64,000 nt of DNA from Adineta vaga (taxonomy: Eukaryota; Animalia; Rotifera), in NCBI GenBank assembly GCA_021613535.1, contig CP075492.1:18910001-18974000 (forward strand). Reading direction: 5' to 3'. The notes under the pieces were generated by a model that searched no databases, was not told where the DNA came from, and saw only the letters and a list, made by a program, of their open reading frames with translations. Numbering within the stretch: position 1 is the first letter of the stretch; every line of letters begins with the position of its first letter. Positions 12,674 to 25,072 of the stretch are shown here, one piece after another. The position numbers were made by a program, and so were the translations under genes.

Positions 12674-14666
12674 GGTTAGTTCTCGATTCGTCGAATTTTT
12701 TTTTCATGTCATTCTTGTTTCGTCGAAAATAAAAAATTGACTGTTCTCGTTTCGTCAAAATTTTTTTTTCACGTCATTCTTGTTTCGTCGAAAAGTGTTT
12801 TCTCATTAGTTGGTAAAAGATTGATTATAGATCAATCAAATGTTTCCCGCTAGAGAAGTGGCCCTCAAATAAAGAGATGTTTTCTATCAAAAAAATAATT
12901 TATTATAGAATAAGTGTAAGTACAGAAAGAAAACTATCAACAAAAAACGCTAGTATTTTTTTATTCCTATTAATTTCATGACTTTAGCGAGATAGTCATC
13001 TAACGTTAATGTATGTTGTTTAAAACGTTCTTCTAAACTACTCAAGCGCGCATTTCGATTAACATACAGTTTTTTCCGTGGAGGTAATGCACCAGTTTGT
13101 TCATGACGCGAGAATATTGCAGAATTGTAAGCAAAATCATTTTGAATTGCACGAATAAACATGTAAAAATGTGGATGAACAACATTATTTAAATCATTGT
13201 TAAGTCTATGGTGCCATCCTTCGAGATTATTATTTGTACGTAAAATTTTGAAATCATAGTAATTCCATAATGTATAATCAAATAATCCGTCATAATCTAT
13301 CCAGGTATTTGTTACATAATTATAGAATGCATCGATGTTGTCAATGTCTTGAAACTCATCCATTATCATAACCCATAATTTACTAATTTCCTGCGGTGGC
13401 ATGAATGCGAGTGCACATGTTTTTTTTTATAAAGATTTCTCCCATTAATTTCATTCATATCAGCTGATTTCGTGTTAATAAATGCAGATTGAAATCCTAA
13501 CTCTTGTAATTTAGTACACAGACATTTATTAAAATGAAAGTTACATCCCTTAATAATAGCATTAGGAAAAATTAATTGAAGAGAATTAATTTCAGCTTGT
13601 TCGAAATCAATAGTAACAAATTTTGGATTAAGACAAATACCATTAACATGGCATAAATTTAATAAAGAATTAAAGAGTGATATATAAGTTGTACCTTGTT
13701 TATCAGATAATAAAGTGTACAATTTTGGTGTTGATAAATCATTAACCACTGAATGAACTGAATATAATAGATAAAATGGATTCGGACATGACTTAAATGT
13801 TCCATCGAAAAATAAATGATCATAATCGCATTTTGATAACTGTTTAAGAGATTATAATGTACCAAATATTGGATGTTTTAATGTATGTAAAAGAAATAAT
13901 TCACCATTTAAAGTTTTACTCCAAATGCCTTCTATTTTAACATCATCAATATTACGTGAAGCAGGTGGATAACTTGAGTTTCTTTTAGTATATAATGAAG
14001 TTTTCATCTCATGAAACATTGGTGTAAATGGCGTAAGATGTGGTGACGTTGTTTGTAATGCTACTAATTGTTCTCGATAAATCCTTTTAACTGGTTATGG
14101 TGAATCTTCGATACGTCGTTTTAAATTCATTCTAAATTCTTCCAGTTTGCATTGATTTTCATCACCTTAAAATAAAATTGCAATATTAGAAAAAAATAAA
14201 TAAAAATTCGTTACCTGTATGGTTGAGTTGCTTCGTCATTTTTGGTGGATTTGAATCTTGTTGAACAACACGACCAGGACAAGAACGATTTGAGCATTTC
14301 CAATAAATCGTGGTATTTTTTATTTTGTCTTGTGTGTAACGGTAATTATTAAATAGTAATGTAGACTTTTTTCGTTTACTCTCAACAATGGATAACATTA
14401 TTCTTTATTCTAATTAAACTTAGTATGAATAATGAGATGAAACTTTTCCTAGTATATATCCTCTTCTTTTTCATGAGCTTAATCAATTTTTGTCGAAACA
14501 GAACATTTAAGACAATCAGAACAATCAGGATTAATTGTTTCGTTTTAGCTAATCTAATTATAAATTTCATTTTCGACCAAACAAAAATGATGATAAAAAG
14601 AGATATCTTAAAAATTTCGACGAAACAAGAAAATCAATTAGGCATTCGACGAAACGAGAATCCACC
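12674..14666 (-). mobile_element. Mutator-like (MULE) DNA transposon, defective
   Basis: Imperfect TIRs built of ttctcgtttcgtcgaa repeats. Exact TSD cttttctt at 12666-12673 and 14667-14674. Confidence 0.88.
12950..14398 (-). pseudogene. FLYWCH-MULE transposase pseudogene
   Basis: N-terminal YRY..IYWKCSNRSC FLYWCH finger, short intron ~14215-14166, then FFDGTFKSCP, TIDFEQA, GCNFHF and RTNNNLEGWH. At least two TAA stops and a frameshift at a poly-A run ~13420-13430. Confidence 0.85.
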
Positions 14667-15236
14667 CTTTTCTTGAACTGTATTTTATCTGACCAATTAA
14701 GACAATCAAATTCTTCATCGAGAAAAAATTCATTTCTAACAAATCACAGTTTTCTGCATCTACACCAGACATACATTGTTGAGGGTGTGGATGTGAGACG
14801 AATTACCACAAATACAAAGTATTTTCACTATTTTTCTAGATAGATTATCAAGTGGCAAGTATCAGTATAGAAAAGTTGTTTTGTCTTAAGTGGAATCGTT
14901 TTGCGAAGCATAGATTGTGGAAGTTGCGCTCGATGTGGAGTGAACGTGAATGTTGTGAGTTCCAGTATTACAGTGTGATGAACTTTTTTTGGTCTGAGAA
15001 AGATGGAAAACAATGTCCTGGTCATCGAGAAGAAAAAAGTGAGAAATGGAGAAAGGTTTAAAAAAGAAAGTATTTCGATAGAAAAGATTGGAAAATAGGG
15101 TTTGCGATACGAAAAACGGATTTGGAATAGGAAGGATGTGTATTTCATAGTAAAGGCTATGAGTTAGTGACACAGGCGATGTGTTCATTTTATGTTTGAA
15201 TATGGTACTTTTCTGTTGGAGAAGCAATTTCATTTT

Positions 15237-15314
15237 GGTGTGGGTGTGGGTGTGAGGGTGTGCGTGTAGATCAAAGGAAGACACGCACACCCCACCCACA
15301 CCCACACCCACACC
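15237..15314. repeat. head-to-head telomere-type repeat hairpin (TGTGGG)n-spacer-(CCCACA)n
   Basis: ggtgtgggtgtgggtgtgagggtgtgcgtgt-agatcaaaggaag-acacgcacaccccacccacacccacacccacacc. Confidence 0.85.
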
Positions 15315-15821
15315 GTCGAGGATCAGAACCAGATGCAGATGGTGTATGAGTAATATTTACATCATATAGCCATTCAAACAGTTCATCACATCCTTCGTTT
15401 ATTTTCTCATTTATAAAGGATTTGTCAAGGTCATTACGGCACTGTGTGCACATGTTTCGACCAAATGAAAGACGAACTGCATTTTTTTCCAAGCTGCAAA
15501 AGCATATAATTTTGATATTATTCGAAGACCACTTTTGCTGGAGTTTGAAGAACCAAATGGTTTGCATAAACAGCAATTCTTGAACTTTGAAGGTTGGATG
15601 GATTTCAAATGCTTGCTGCACACGTGAAATTCTTCTACATCACATGGTACGATATCAAACTTTCCATATAATAATGAAAGACTTTCGACTTTTGATTTAC
15701 ATCCATATAAATCTAAGACATCGTCGGCATTTAATGGTACTCCGCATAAATAGTGACATGGTGTAGATGTTTCAGTGCATCCACCCAGATCAGCAAAAAG
15801 ACAATTAGAATCAACTTCCAT
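15315..15821 (-). pseudogene. truncated Cys/His-rich ORF fragment, possibly the N-terminus of a large DNA-transposon protein (Sola3-like?)
   Basis: VCSKH..CCLC..GLRIISK..FGRNMCTQCR across a poly-A frameshift (~15485). Ends abruptly at the telomere-repeat hairpin. Family assignment is from motif memory only. Confidence 0.35.
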
Positions 15822-17215
15822 AAAAAAAGAAATCTAAAAAATGCATCAAACTAATCTGAACATATATTTAGAATTACAATATCCGAATTCTACAAAAGAT
15901 TTGCTGTTCATATGAAGTATGAATAATGTTGTTTTTATCGATAATCTATACGAGAAATGAGATTGACGAGATAATTTGGTAGATATCATCAAAAAAGATC
16001 TTATGATCAAATTTTATGTATAGAGAACTAGTACATTCATAATTATATTATCAAATATGAAAAATACACACATATACATATAAATATACATATATATATA
16101 TAAGTAGAAAAAAAGAGGAAGAGAAGTCATAACACGATAAAGATATCAATTAGATATTGCGTACTCAAGAATAACAGTAATTCAACGTATATTTCGTTCT
16201 TCATTATTTTGAAAGAGTTATAATGTATTAAAATTTCCATCAAATTTATCTTTACAAACTAAGATAAATTTATTTTTTTATACTATTTTCTGTCTCAATG
16301 TAACGCTATTCTATAAGAACAAATATCATATCAATATTCATCATAAATCGAAACATCAGTACACATTGAAATGCATTGAATTGTAAAAAGATAAACTTTA
16401 AATAACATTCGTTGAATAATATCCAACTATCTTACCAAATTTTATTACTTTACATAACTTTCTCTGTTTTACAAAACCATCGATGAACACATACTTTATG
16501 TAATAACTCTCTATTTGAATTAATTCATGTAAACTTGTTCTGGTGCACATGTGTATTAGATCCAACAAATAATTATTATACATTATTCTCTCTCTATAAA
16601 AATTTTACACAAGATGCCACAATGTATATCTCAGTTAAAGATATTCTTTACGACTGTTAAGCTATTTTCAAGTGATTGTATGGCGTATAATTATTTAATT
16701 GCACTAGAGAATGTTTTCTTTTCGGAAGCTTCTATCATTTAGGAATTTTCTTTTTATGCCAGTTTCGTTTTTAATCTATCTCTAGGATGAAAAAATTTCA
16801 GGATCTTATTTTTTCTCTCATTTTGCGTCGTATTCTATTATACACTAATTGCTGTAACAATTAACTTTCGTATCGATCTTTCTTCAGTCGGTCATTTTTC
16901 GTAGAGCCAGAATTCCTTCATATATGTGATCATATGAATAGGGAAAAAACTTCAATATACGTATTTCGGAGTAGTCCACACTAACAGCGATGATTTAAAA
17001 TCTTTATCATGAATGTGTATTTGCAAAATATTGAGTCACGTACTGAAATTGTTGCAGTATCATACTGATGTATATAACTTACAGTAAAGAGATAGCATTT
17101 ATTACCTTATCTGCTGTTATTTCTACTGTAGTCTTACACAAATATAAAATGAGAACAGAACGATTCATCAGCTTATATGTAATTTTGAGTTTCCTTTCTT
17201 TTATATCATTACTAT

Positions 17216-20200
17216 ATGCATACTAACAAAGCATATGTCAACTATGATATTCGAAATATTCGATCACATCCATATTGGCACCATCGTCGTTTCAAGATTA
17301 CTTGCATTTCCTTGATAATTTTAGGAGTACTCATTACTGCTTTCAGTCTTTTGTTGAAATTTGTCATTCTTACTCCAAAGGAAACAACTACTATCACTAC
17401 AACGATAGGGACAACCACTACTACTACTACTACAACGATAGGGACAACCACTACTACTACTACTACAACGATAGGGACAACCACTACTACTACTACAACG
17501 ATAGGGACAACCACTACTACTACTACTACAACGATAGGGACAACCACTACTACTACTACTACAACGATAGGGACAACCACTACTACTACTACAACGATAG
17601 GGACAACCACTACTACTACTACTACAACGATAGGGACAACCACTACTACTACTACTACAACGATAGGGACAACCACTACTACTACTACTACAACGATAGG
17701 GACAACCACTACTACTACTACAACGATAGGGACAACCACTACTACTACTACTACAACGATAGGGACAACCACTACTACTACTACAACGATAGGGACAACC
17801 ACTACTACTACTACTACAACGATAGGGACAACCACTACTACTACTACTACAACGATAGGGACAACCACTACTACTACTACTACAACGATAGGGACAACCA
17901 CTACTACTACTACTACAACGATAGGGACAACCACTACTACTACTACTACAACGATAGGGACAACCACTACTACTACTACAACGATAGGGACAACCACTAC
18001 TACTGAGAAGCCAGGTAAGTGGTATAATCGTATTCCTTTCTTCATTATACAGTGCTGGCCAAAATTATAAGAACAAAGCTTTTTCTAATGTATTAACGAA
18101 TTTTTATCTCCCTTTTCTCTGCTTTTACATTGATCTATCGAATAGTATAGATGTATTCAAGTATGGTCTATCCTAATATCACCTCATCATCCCTATAAAA
18201 CTATTTATTTCGGTAAAAAAGTTACAGAATAGAAAAAATTTTTTTTTTGACCTGGCCAAAATGATAAGAACACATAAATGTTTCTATAGTCTATTTCAAA
18301 ATACGAAGTCAATATTTTGATGAAGTATTTCCCTTAACACGAATAGATTGTTTCATTCGTCGGGGCATTGATCGAACTAAATCTTCACATGTTAAAGGTG
18401 GTATTTCTTTCCATAATTTTATGATGGCTTGCTGAAGATCATTAACATTGGTTACACGATAACTGATCAGCTTTTTGTCAATAATATCCCAAAGATTTTC
18501 AATTACATTGAAGTCTGGTGATACAGCGGGCCAATCCAAAAGATTAATTTTGTTCTTTTGAAACCATTTCATACTAAATTCGGATTTATGACACGGTGCA
18601 TTGTCTTGAACATAATACCATGCGTCACTTCCATCGAAATTTTTTTTAATATATGGTGGTAATTCATTTTTAATAGTATCGATATAGTTGTTGCCATTCA
18701 TTCTACCATCATAAAATACTAAAGGACCAACTCCTTTGGCTGTCATGGCACCCCAAACACTAATTGAACCACCACCACCTTGAACACGTGGTCGAAAACA
18801 AAATGGTTTATCAACTTCTGTCGGAAGAAGACATACATATGATCGATTTTTTCTGTTGAAAACTTCCAAATGAGATTCGTCAGAGAAAATAACACTTTTC
18901 CAATCACTAAAATTCCAATCAGAATATTTTTCAGAAAAACGTAATCGAGAAGAACAGTGACTTGGTTTCCGATAAGGTTTTCGTTTTGTAGTGTAGCTTC
19001 TGTATCCAGCATTTAATAAGCGCCGACGCACCGTGCATGGACTAATCGACTTTCCATTCGATAAAAACCAATCAGATGCTAATTGTCGACTACTTTTTTC
19101 ACGATCTTTCTTCATAATATTCAATAAATAACGATCTTCTTTGGGCGTTGTCGACTTTTTTCGTCCTTGACCTGGGCGATTTTTTAATGATAATTTTAAT
19201 TTTTCTTTTTCTGCAATATTACTAATACAACCATTTGAAACACCGAGTTCATTTCGAATATTTTGATAAGAAAAACCGGCTTGTAAAGTGTAAGAACTTG
19301 TATTTTTTGATAGATTGTGACCTTCCTTCGACCCATAATAAAGGATGTTAAATGAATTATGTTCAACGTTTGAAAAATGCACGCAAACAAAGAAATTAAT
19401 TACCAAGAGGAAAGAAAACATGTATACACATGGCTTTTTACTTTTGTTTCCTTTGCTGTCGTTGGCAATGTAAAATAGACTATAGAAACATTTATGTGTT
19501 CTTATCATTTTGGCCAGGTCAAAAAAACATTTTTTCTATTCTGTAATTTTTTTACCGAAATAAATAGTTTTTATAGGGATGATGAGGTGATATTAGGATA
19601 GACCATACTTGAATACATCTATACTATTCGATAGATCAATGTAAAAGCAGAGAAAAGGGAGATAAAAATTCGTTAATACATTAGAAAAAGCTTTGTTCTT
19701 ATAATTTTGGCCAGTACTGTATATTATATATTACATACTGTCTATAGGATGGTCAGCTACTGGTAATATGAAGGTTGCGCGAATTGAGCACACTGCAAAT
19801 TTACTAAAAAATGGAAACGTATTAGTCACTGGAGGAATTGGTAATAGATCCGACCTAGACGTTGCTGAGCTGTATGATCCATTGACAGGACTTTGGACAG
19901 CTACTGGTACTATGAAGAACAAACGTTATGGACATATAGCAATGACCCTAAGGAATGGAAAAGTATTGGTGGCTGGTGGGTATAGTGGCCGTGGATATTT
20001 AAATACTGCAGAATTATATGATCCATCAACAGGAATATGGGCAATGACCGGTAACATGAAAGATGCTCGACATTTTGCTGCAGGATCAATATTATCAAAT
20101 GGAAACGTATTAATTAGTGGAGGAATCGATGACACTAGGTTCTTAACTAGTGCAGAAATATATGATCCATCAACTGAAATTTGGAGTACTACTGGTAGTA

Positions 20201-20751
20201 TGGCATCTGCACGAAATCGACATACATTATCTCTATTATCAAATGGACAAATATTACTTACAGGCGGATATGCAAATCCTACATTTTTTGATAGTGCTGA
20301 ATTGTATGATATAACGACAGGAATGTGGACTACTACTGGTAATATGAATGAGGCCCGAGATCGACATACAGCAACCGTCCTATCCGATGGCAAAGTGCTA
20401 GTTACTGGTGGATCTTATAATACTAAGATACTTAATACTACTGAATTATACGATCCATCAAATGGTCGCTGGGAATTTGCTGGTAGAATGAATCATACAA
20501 GAACTAATCATCAAGGAGTATTACTCAATAGTGGAAAAGTACTAGTTACTGGTGGATCCGATGAAAGAAAAGTTCTCGATAGTGTTGAATCATACGATCC
20601 TTCAACGAAAACGTGGACAACAGTTGATAGTATGATTTCAAATCGCGAATTTCATGCAGCATGTTTATTATTAAATGGAAAAGTATTAATCAGTGGTGGA
20701 TCTATCAATGATTTTTTATATTTAGGTAGTTCTGAATTATATAAACCATGA
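17216..20751 (+). CDS. type II membrane protein: TM + (TIG-T7-8)n mucin stalk + bacterial-type Kelch repeat propeller, 2 exons
   Basis: Exon 17216-18014 (TM ITCISLIILGVLITAFSLLLKFVIL; ends CCA G|gtaagt). Exon 19748-20751 (tag|GA TGG TCA.., in frame) carries ~7 R.xHTAxLLxNGKVLVTGG..AELYDP..W repeats. Confidence 0.85.
17398..18005 (+). repeat. coding minisatellite, ~19 units of 30/33 bp (acaacgatagggacaacc(act)n)
   Basis: Units are near-identical and differ only in ACT triplet number, so the frame is preserved. Confidence 0.95.
18050..19719 (-). mobile_element. Tc1-like DD34E transposon with IR/DR-type long TIRs, inserted in an intron
   Basis: ~245 bp TIRs beginning cagt(g/a)ctggccaaaattataagaac, TA at 18048-49 and 19720-21. 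The DR ctggccaaaat(t/g)ataagaaca is repeated at the inner TIR end. Confidence 0.95.
18309..19336 (-). pseudogene. DD34E transposase with a 1-nt frameshift near the start
   Basis: MGRRKVTIYQKIQVLTL then a shift at ~19285 into LQAGFSYQNIR. Motifs FSDES, QDNAPCH and SPDFNVIE (34 spacing). The rest of the ORF is open. Confidence 0.85.
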
Positions 20752-21236
20752 CTTTACAGCAAATGTAATAAACTAACTTCTCTGCCTTATTTGTGAATAG
20801 TATAGTTTTGCAAGTATGGACTAAACATAAATCGAAATATATCTTTCTACGACAAAAATGATGTCATTTTTATATTAGCACACTATCATAATGATACATC
20901 AAATTCACAATAAACAGATAATACAGTTTTTCTACAGCTATTTTCGAAAGACTATTAGACAAGCAAAAGCCAAAGTGAGAAGACAATTCATTTACTTATA
21001 AGTTTGTATATTTGACTTGCTCTTAGATCGTCATAGCATAATTGATTTGCATGATCAAAATGAAACATCAAGATATGTTTTTTAAGTTTTAAAATTTTAT
21101 GTGACGTCAAACTAGTTGAGTAGCTCACCGCCTCTCATGGTATAGATGTTTATTGAGCTTAGTCACATATTCAGAATGTATCTACTCCACAATAAGACAC
21201 AAGCTTATGCTTAAATAAGGAAAGAGTATAATAGAT

Positions 21237-21700
21237 GGACTGTAGTCAGAGTCTTATGAAAAAAATAGTTTGTATGTAAGTTTGTGTTAGGGTTAAAGGT
21301 TAAAGAAACATTTTCCTCAAAATAACTGGAAACGTGGAAAATCGATGAGAGGGCGAGGATCGCCGATGGATGTGGTGGGGATGAGCGGAGAAGTGGCGCG
21401 TTAGAGCAGTGTCTCCAAGCAAACAAAGGTTGTTCGTAGGGAAAAATGGTAATGCTAAGTGTCAATGAGATTTCACCATCCATAGATCGACCAACTGAAT
21501 ATGGTCCAGTCTAAAACCAATGAAATGAAAAAACTACTGAATGAGATTGTTTAGTGGATAAATGCGTGTTTATAATGTTGTTGGAGTAAGAAGGAGTCGC
21601 AATGGGTTTTTGTGTGAGACGCCTCGTAGGAGTGACGACGAACGAGTACGTGCTCTGAGTGGCGTTTACGTTGAAGTTAGTTTAGAACTACAGTTGATTT
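21237..21700 (+). repeat. diverged second copy of the 9159 repeat family
   Basis: First ~70 bp align with 9159-9235. The 3' boundary is uncertain. Confidence 0.4.
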
Positions 21701-24470
21701 CGCGTAAAGTTGAGAATTCATTTTTTTTTACTTCGAGTTGCTGTAAAATTTGTATATACTTGTGGCAGGTGGTCTGCAGTCTTTGAAGTAGAGAGAATAA
21801 TGATTTAATCAAGTTCTTTTCACAACTGATGATAATTGGTGATTTATACTCTCGAATGTGAGAAAGATCTGATAAGGAAAAGAAATCTGTCTTATTGTGT
21901 CTCTATCTAAGTACACAAAAGAAAACAAATGTAAAGGATGAAAATATTGTGTAAAATATCTATATTATATAACGCGATGAATCACACGTTGGAGACGATG
22001 GATCGCTGGAACTGATCTTCAAATATAAGATTGTAGAGAAGAAAAAAAATGATGATCATAGAATTGAGGAATCTGATTATGACTGGAAAAATTATGTGGC
22101 TAGCATAATTGGACAGGCGCTTGCAGTTTGGGAGAGCTACGAAGCGGCTACTCGCGAGTGACGCTGACGGACGAATAGCGGCTCTCTGTGACATCGTTTG
22201 TTATACAAATGAAAGACGTCAAGCAGATTTTAGTTTGAAATTCATAAGCAACTTTATTTTATTTCACAGTACTTACGGCTCTCTCTCTCTCTCTCTCTCT
22301 CAGAAACAGACAGACAATCTTAGCAAGTTACCTTTCCATTCGGACAGTAGTTTTCATTCAGGAACAATGGATAGATAAGAAGAACGATAATGATCGTCAA
22401 ATTAGTATGTAATACTGTGAGATGTCATTTCTATGAATATGCTTTTATTTTGCGTGTGGAAAATGCATATAAAGATTATTTTATCTAGAGTGACTAATTC
22501 AGTGGAGAGTAAAACGAGTCAGCATCGGCGAACGTTATTTATATACTTAGTTACGTAACGGTGTAGATGGGTTATGCAGGAAATTGTTTGTGGCTTTGGT
22601 ACAGAGCGGAAGATAAAAAGCTCATGACTATCGAATTTGGTCAGTAAAACATACGTAGCGCCTCGAGTAGTTTCACTAAGCGAGTAGGACAGTTTTTTTT
22701 CGAACGATATTCCCTTAATTATTGTTGTAAAGAGGTTCATATGAAAAAATAGTTTTGGTTTGTTGAAGGGTTTGCGTCGGATCAATGATTCGAACTGAAC
22801 TGAACTCTGAAGATAGGCTTAAACTTTTAATTAATATAAGAGCATCGATAGATTCTATTTTGGACCTGACATTCTCAAAACTTTCTAACTGTGCTATACA
22901 TATCGTTCAAATAGTTTTTTTTCGTATAGATATAATTTAATACGAAAGAAGGGTCACACCCACACCCACACCGCCATGTTTACATTCCCTGCAGGTAAGA
23001 TTTTGTCTCCTAAACTGACTTCTAAAAACTTTCTACCGCCAGGGAATCACTTTTTGTGAAAAGTACCTGTGTAGTCTGATGGAGCATGAAATATTCTATC
23101 GCCCTGCATACTTACTTGTTTTCTTACATTGATTTACTTTTGAGAAAAACTCAGTATAATAAACGCGGCTTGAATCGACAAGTATCAAAACACTCGATTT
23201 TTTCGCTATTTTTTTAGGGAACCAGCCATCAACTATGTATGCACCGTTGGTATCTATGACTCATCGCCAACGATCTAGGAGGGAAAGGATGCCGTGCTCA
23301 TGGAAGTCTACAGACCTCTGGGCAAAGAAAGTGGTGGTGTCGACTTTTAGGTCCTTCTCTTTGTCGAACTCCTATCCACGCAAACAGTTTGAGAGAGACC
23401 GAAAGAAGTGATATTCTCTTAGAGCCAAGTCTGAAGAATGAGGCGGAAGGGAAATGGTTATTCGAACCAGTTGCATTAATTTTTCGGGAGGTAACTTTTA
23501 CACGTGGGGCTCGTATCATCGTGGAGAAACTAAATTCAATCCTGCTTTCCTTCGAGTTGTTGTGTCCCACGCTTCAACTGTTGACGCAAATAGCGGTGAT
23601 GATTGTACACCTAATAGCAAGAGAATCCCAGTCAATTATTCCTCTAATTCCTACAAAACGCTCTACATCAACGTCTTGGGGAATTCACACCCCATATTTT
23701 CAACTCTTGCCTTACGCGTCCAAGTGTCTTTCTACCGTAGTATGAGGGCACTCAAGCTGCTCTAAAAAAGTCGATATCAACTTTAGACCTACGTTGATCT
23801 ACGAGCTCATATTTTCTGTTGCGAAAGTGATCAAATCAATATCGCGCCGTACGGATAGGTATCACACTTGGCCTCATCGTACTGCATATTTGGTTCGTTG
23901 GTTCAGTCACTTTGTAATCCAAACCAAATTCATGGAGTAAAAGCGCCAGAATCTCTCTACGAAAGATGTTCATTTCTGCGCGTTTGCTTGCATTCATATC
24001 GATCGATATACGTTCGTTCGTTCGGACGATAGTCACACCCTCCATCTATAACGTTAGTATCGAATCTACGAGAACTTTCTATAGTGCTGTACGATATTTT
24101 TCAAAAAAGCGCAGAAACTCTCTTAACAACCTAATATTTAGCTCGATTTATTTTGTACGAAATGCATAAGGGTATTTCAGCCAAAGAAGTGTACAATATT
24201 CGTGAGGGTCTGGATGGGAATGCCGTATGAGTGATGATATGGGTGACGGTAAGAGTCATGGTATCTGTCTTATGCGACACCCACACCCACACCCCCGTCA
24301 ACTGTATCACTAACGCACTCATTTTTAAGTGACTTTCATTTAAAAAAAACGTTTCCTTAGTGTTAAAACTGTAAATAATTCTTATTGTTTGTTGTATTCT
24401 AGACTTAGTTTGAAAATCGATTCAATCTCTGTACTCTTTTAAGTTAATTATCAACCGAAGACAAATAAAA

Positions 24471-24770
24471 ATGAGTTCAACAGACGACAATCTTTTGAGT
24501 CGAGCCTGGGGCTATGCCATCGGTGGGGTCATCGGTGTAGTCATTGCAATAATTGGCATCGTAATTGCCGCTTGTCGAAAACATCAAAAAGAAAAAGCCA
24601 TCAAAGATGCACAAAAAGCAGCTCGAAATGCTCGATCTTTAGCACTTCAACAACAGACAGACTCTTTTTCTAATGTTGCTTATCGAGCAGATGCTGATAT
24701 TTTTACTAGAGTGGGTATGTCACCGATTCAAATGAATCTTCCTTCGTCGCCACATCAATCATCGGTGTAA
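24471..24770 (+). CDS. small single-pass membrane protein, unknown function
   Basis: aaaATG start, TM AIGGVIGVVIAIIGIVIAAC followed by basic RKHQKEK, downstream aataaa (~24802). Confidence 0.6.
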   Translation: MSSTDDNLLSRAWGYAIGGVIGVVIAIIGIVIAACRKHQKEKAIKDAQKAARNARSLALQQQTDSFSNVAYRADADIFTRVGMSPIQMNLPSSPHQSSV

Positions 24771-25072
24771 AAGAATAGAAACATATAAAGACTTTGATTT
24801 CGAATAAATCTTTCTTTCGCTATGGTGTAACATCCGAACATTCAAAACCACCGTTCACTAATAGTCAGGTTAGTTTTTTCGGATACTGAAACTAAGACAT
24901 TTTCGTTAAATCTTATTGATTTCCAATGAGGATGTGAGTGTGTAGAGTGTATCTGCGGCTATTCTTCTTTTCCACACCCACACCCTTCTATCTTTGCTTG
25001 GAATATTCTAATTTAATTTAAAATTGATTTGTTGAAGAACTTTATTTTGATTCAAATATATTTTTAAGTTAG

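Noticed and set aside
17242-18045. Poly-Val (minus) and NDRDNHYYYY (plus) ORFs
   Set aside because: Alternative frames of the Thr minisatellite; only the Thr frame has a TM and a matching splice donor.
18309-19508. 399-aa ORF as an intact transposase
   Set aside because: Its N-terminus is read through the TIR; the true start (MGRRK, 19336) is in another frame.
22279-22301. (CT)n microsatellite, also (TA)n near 16085-16101
   Set aside because: Ordinary simple repeats.
23298-23765. Overlapping ORFs in the GC-richer segment
   Set aside because: No recognisable motif or splice structure; probably a decayed repeat.
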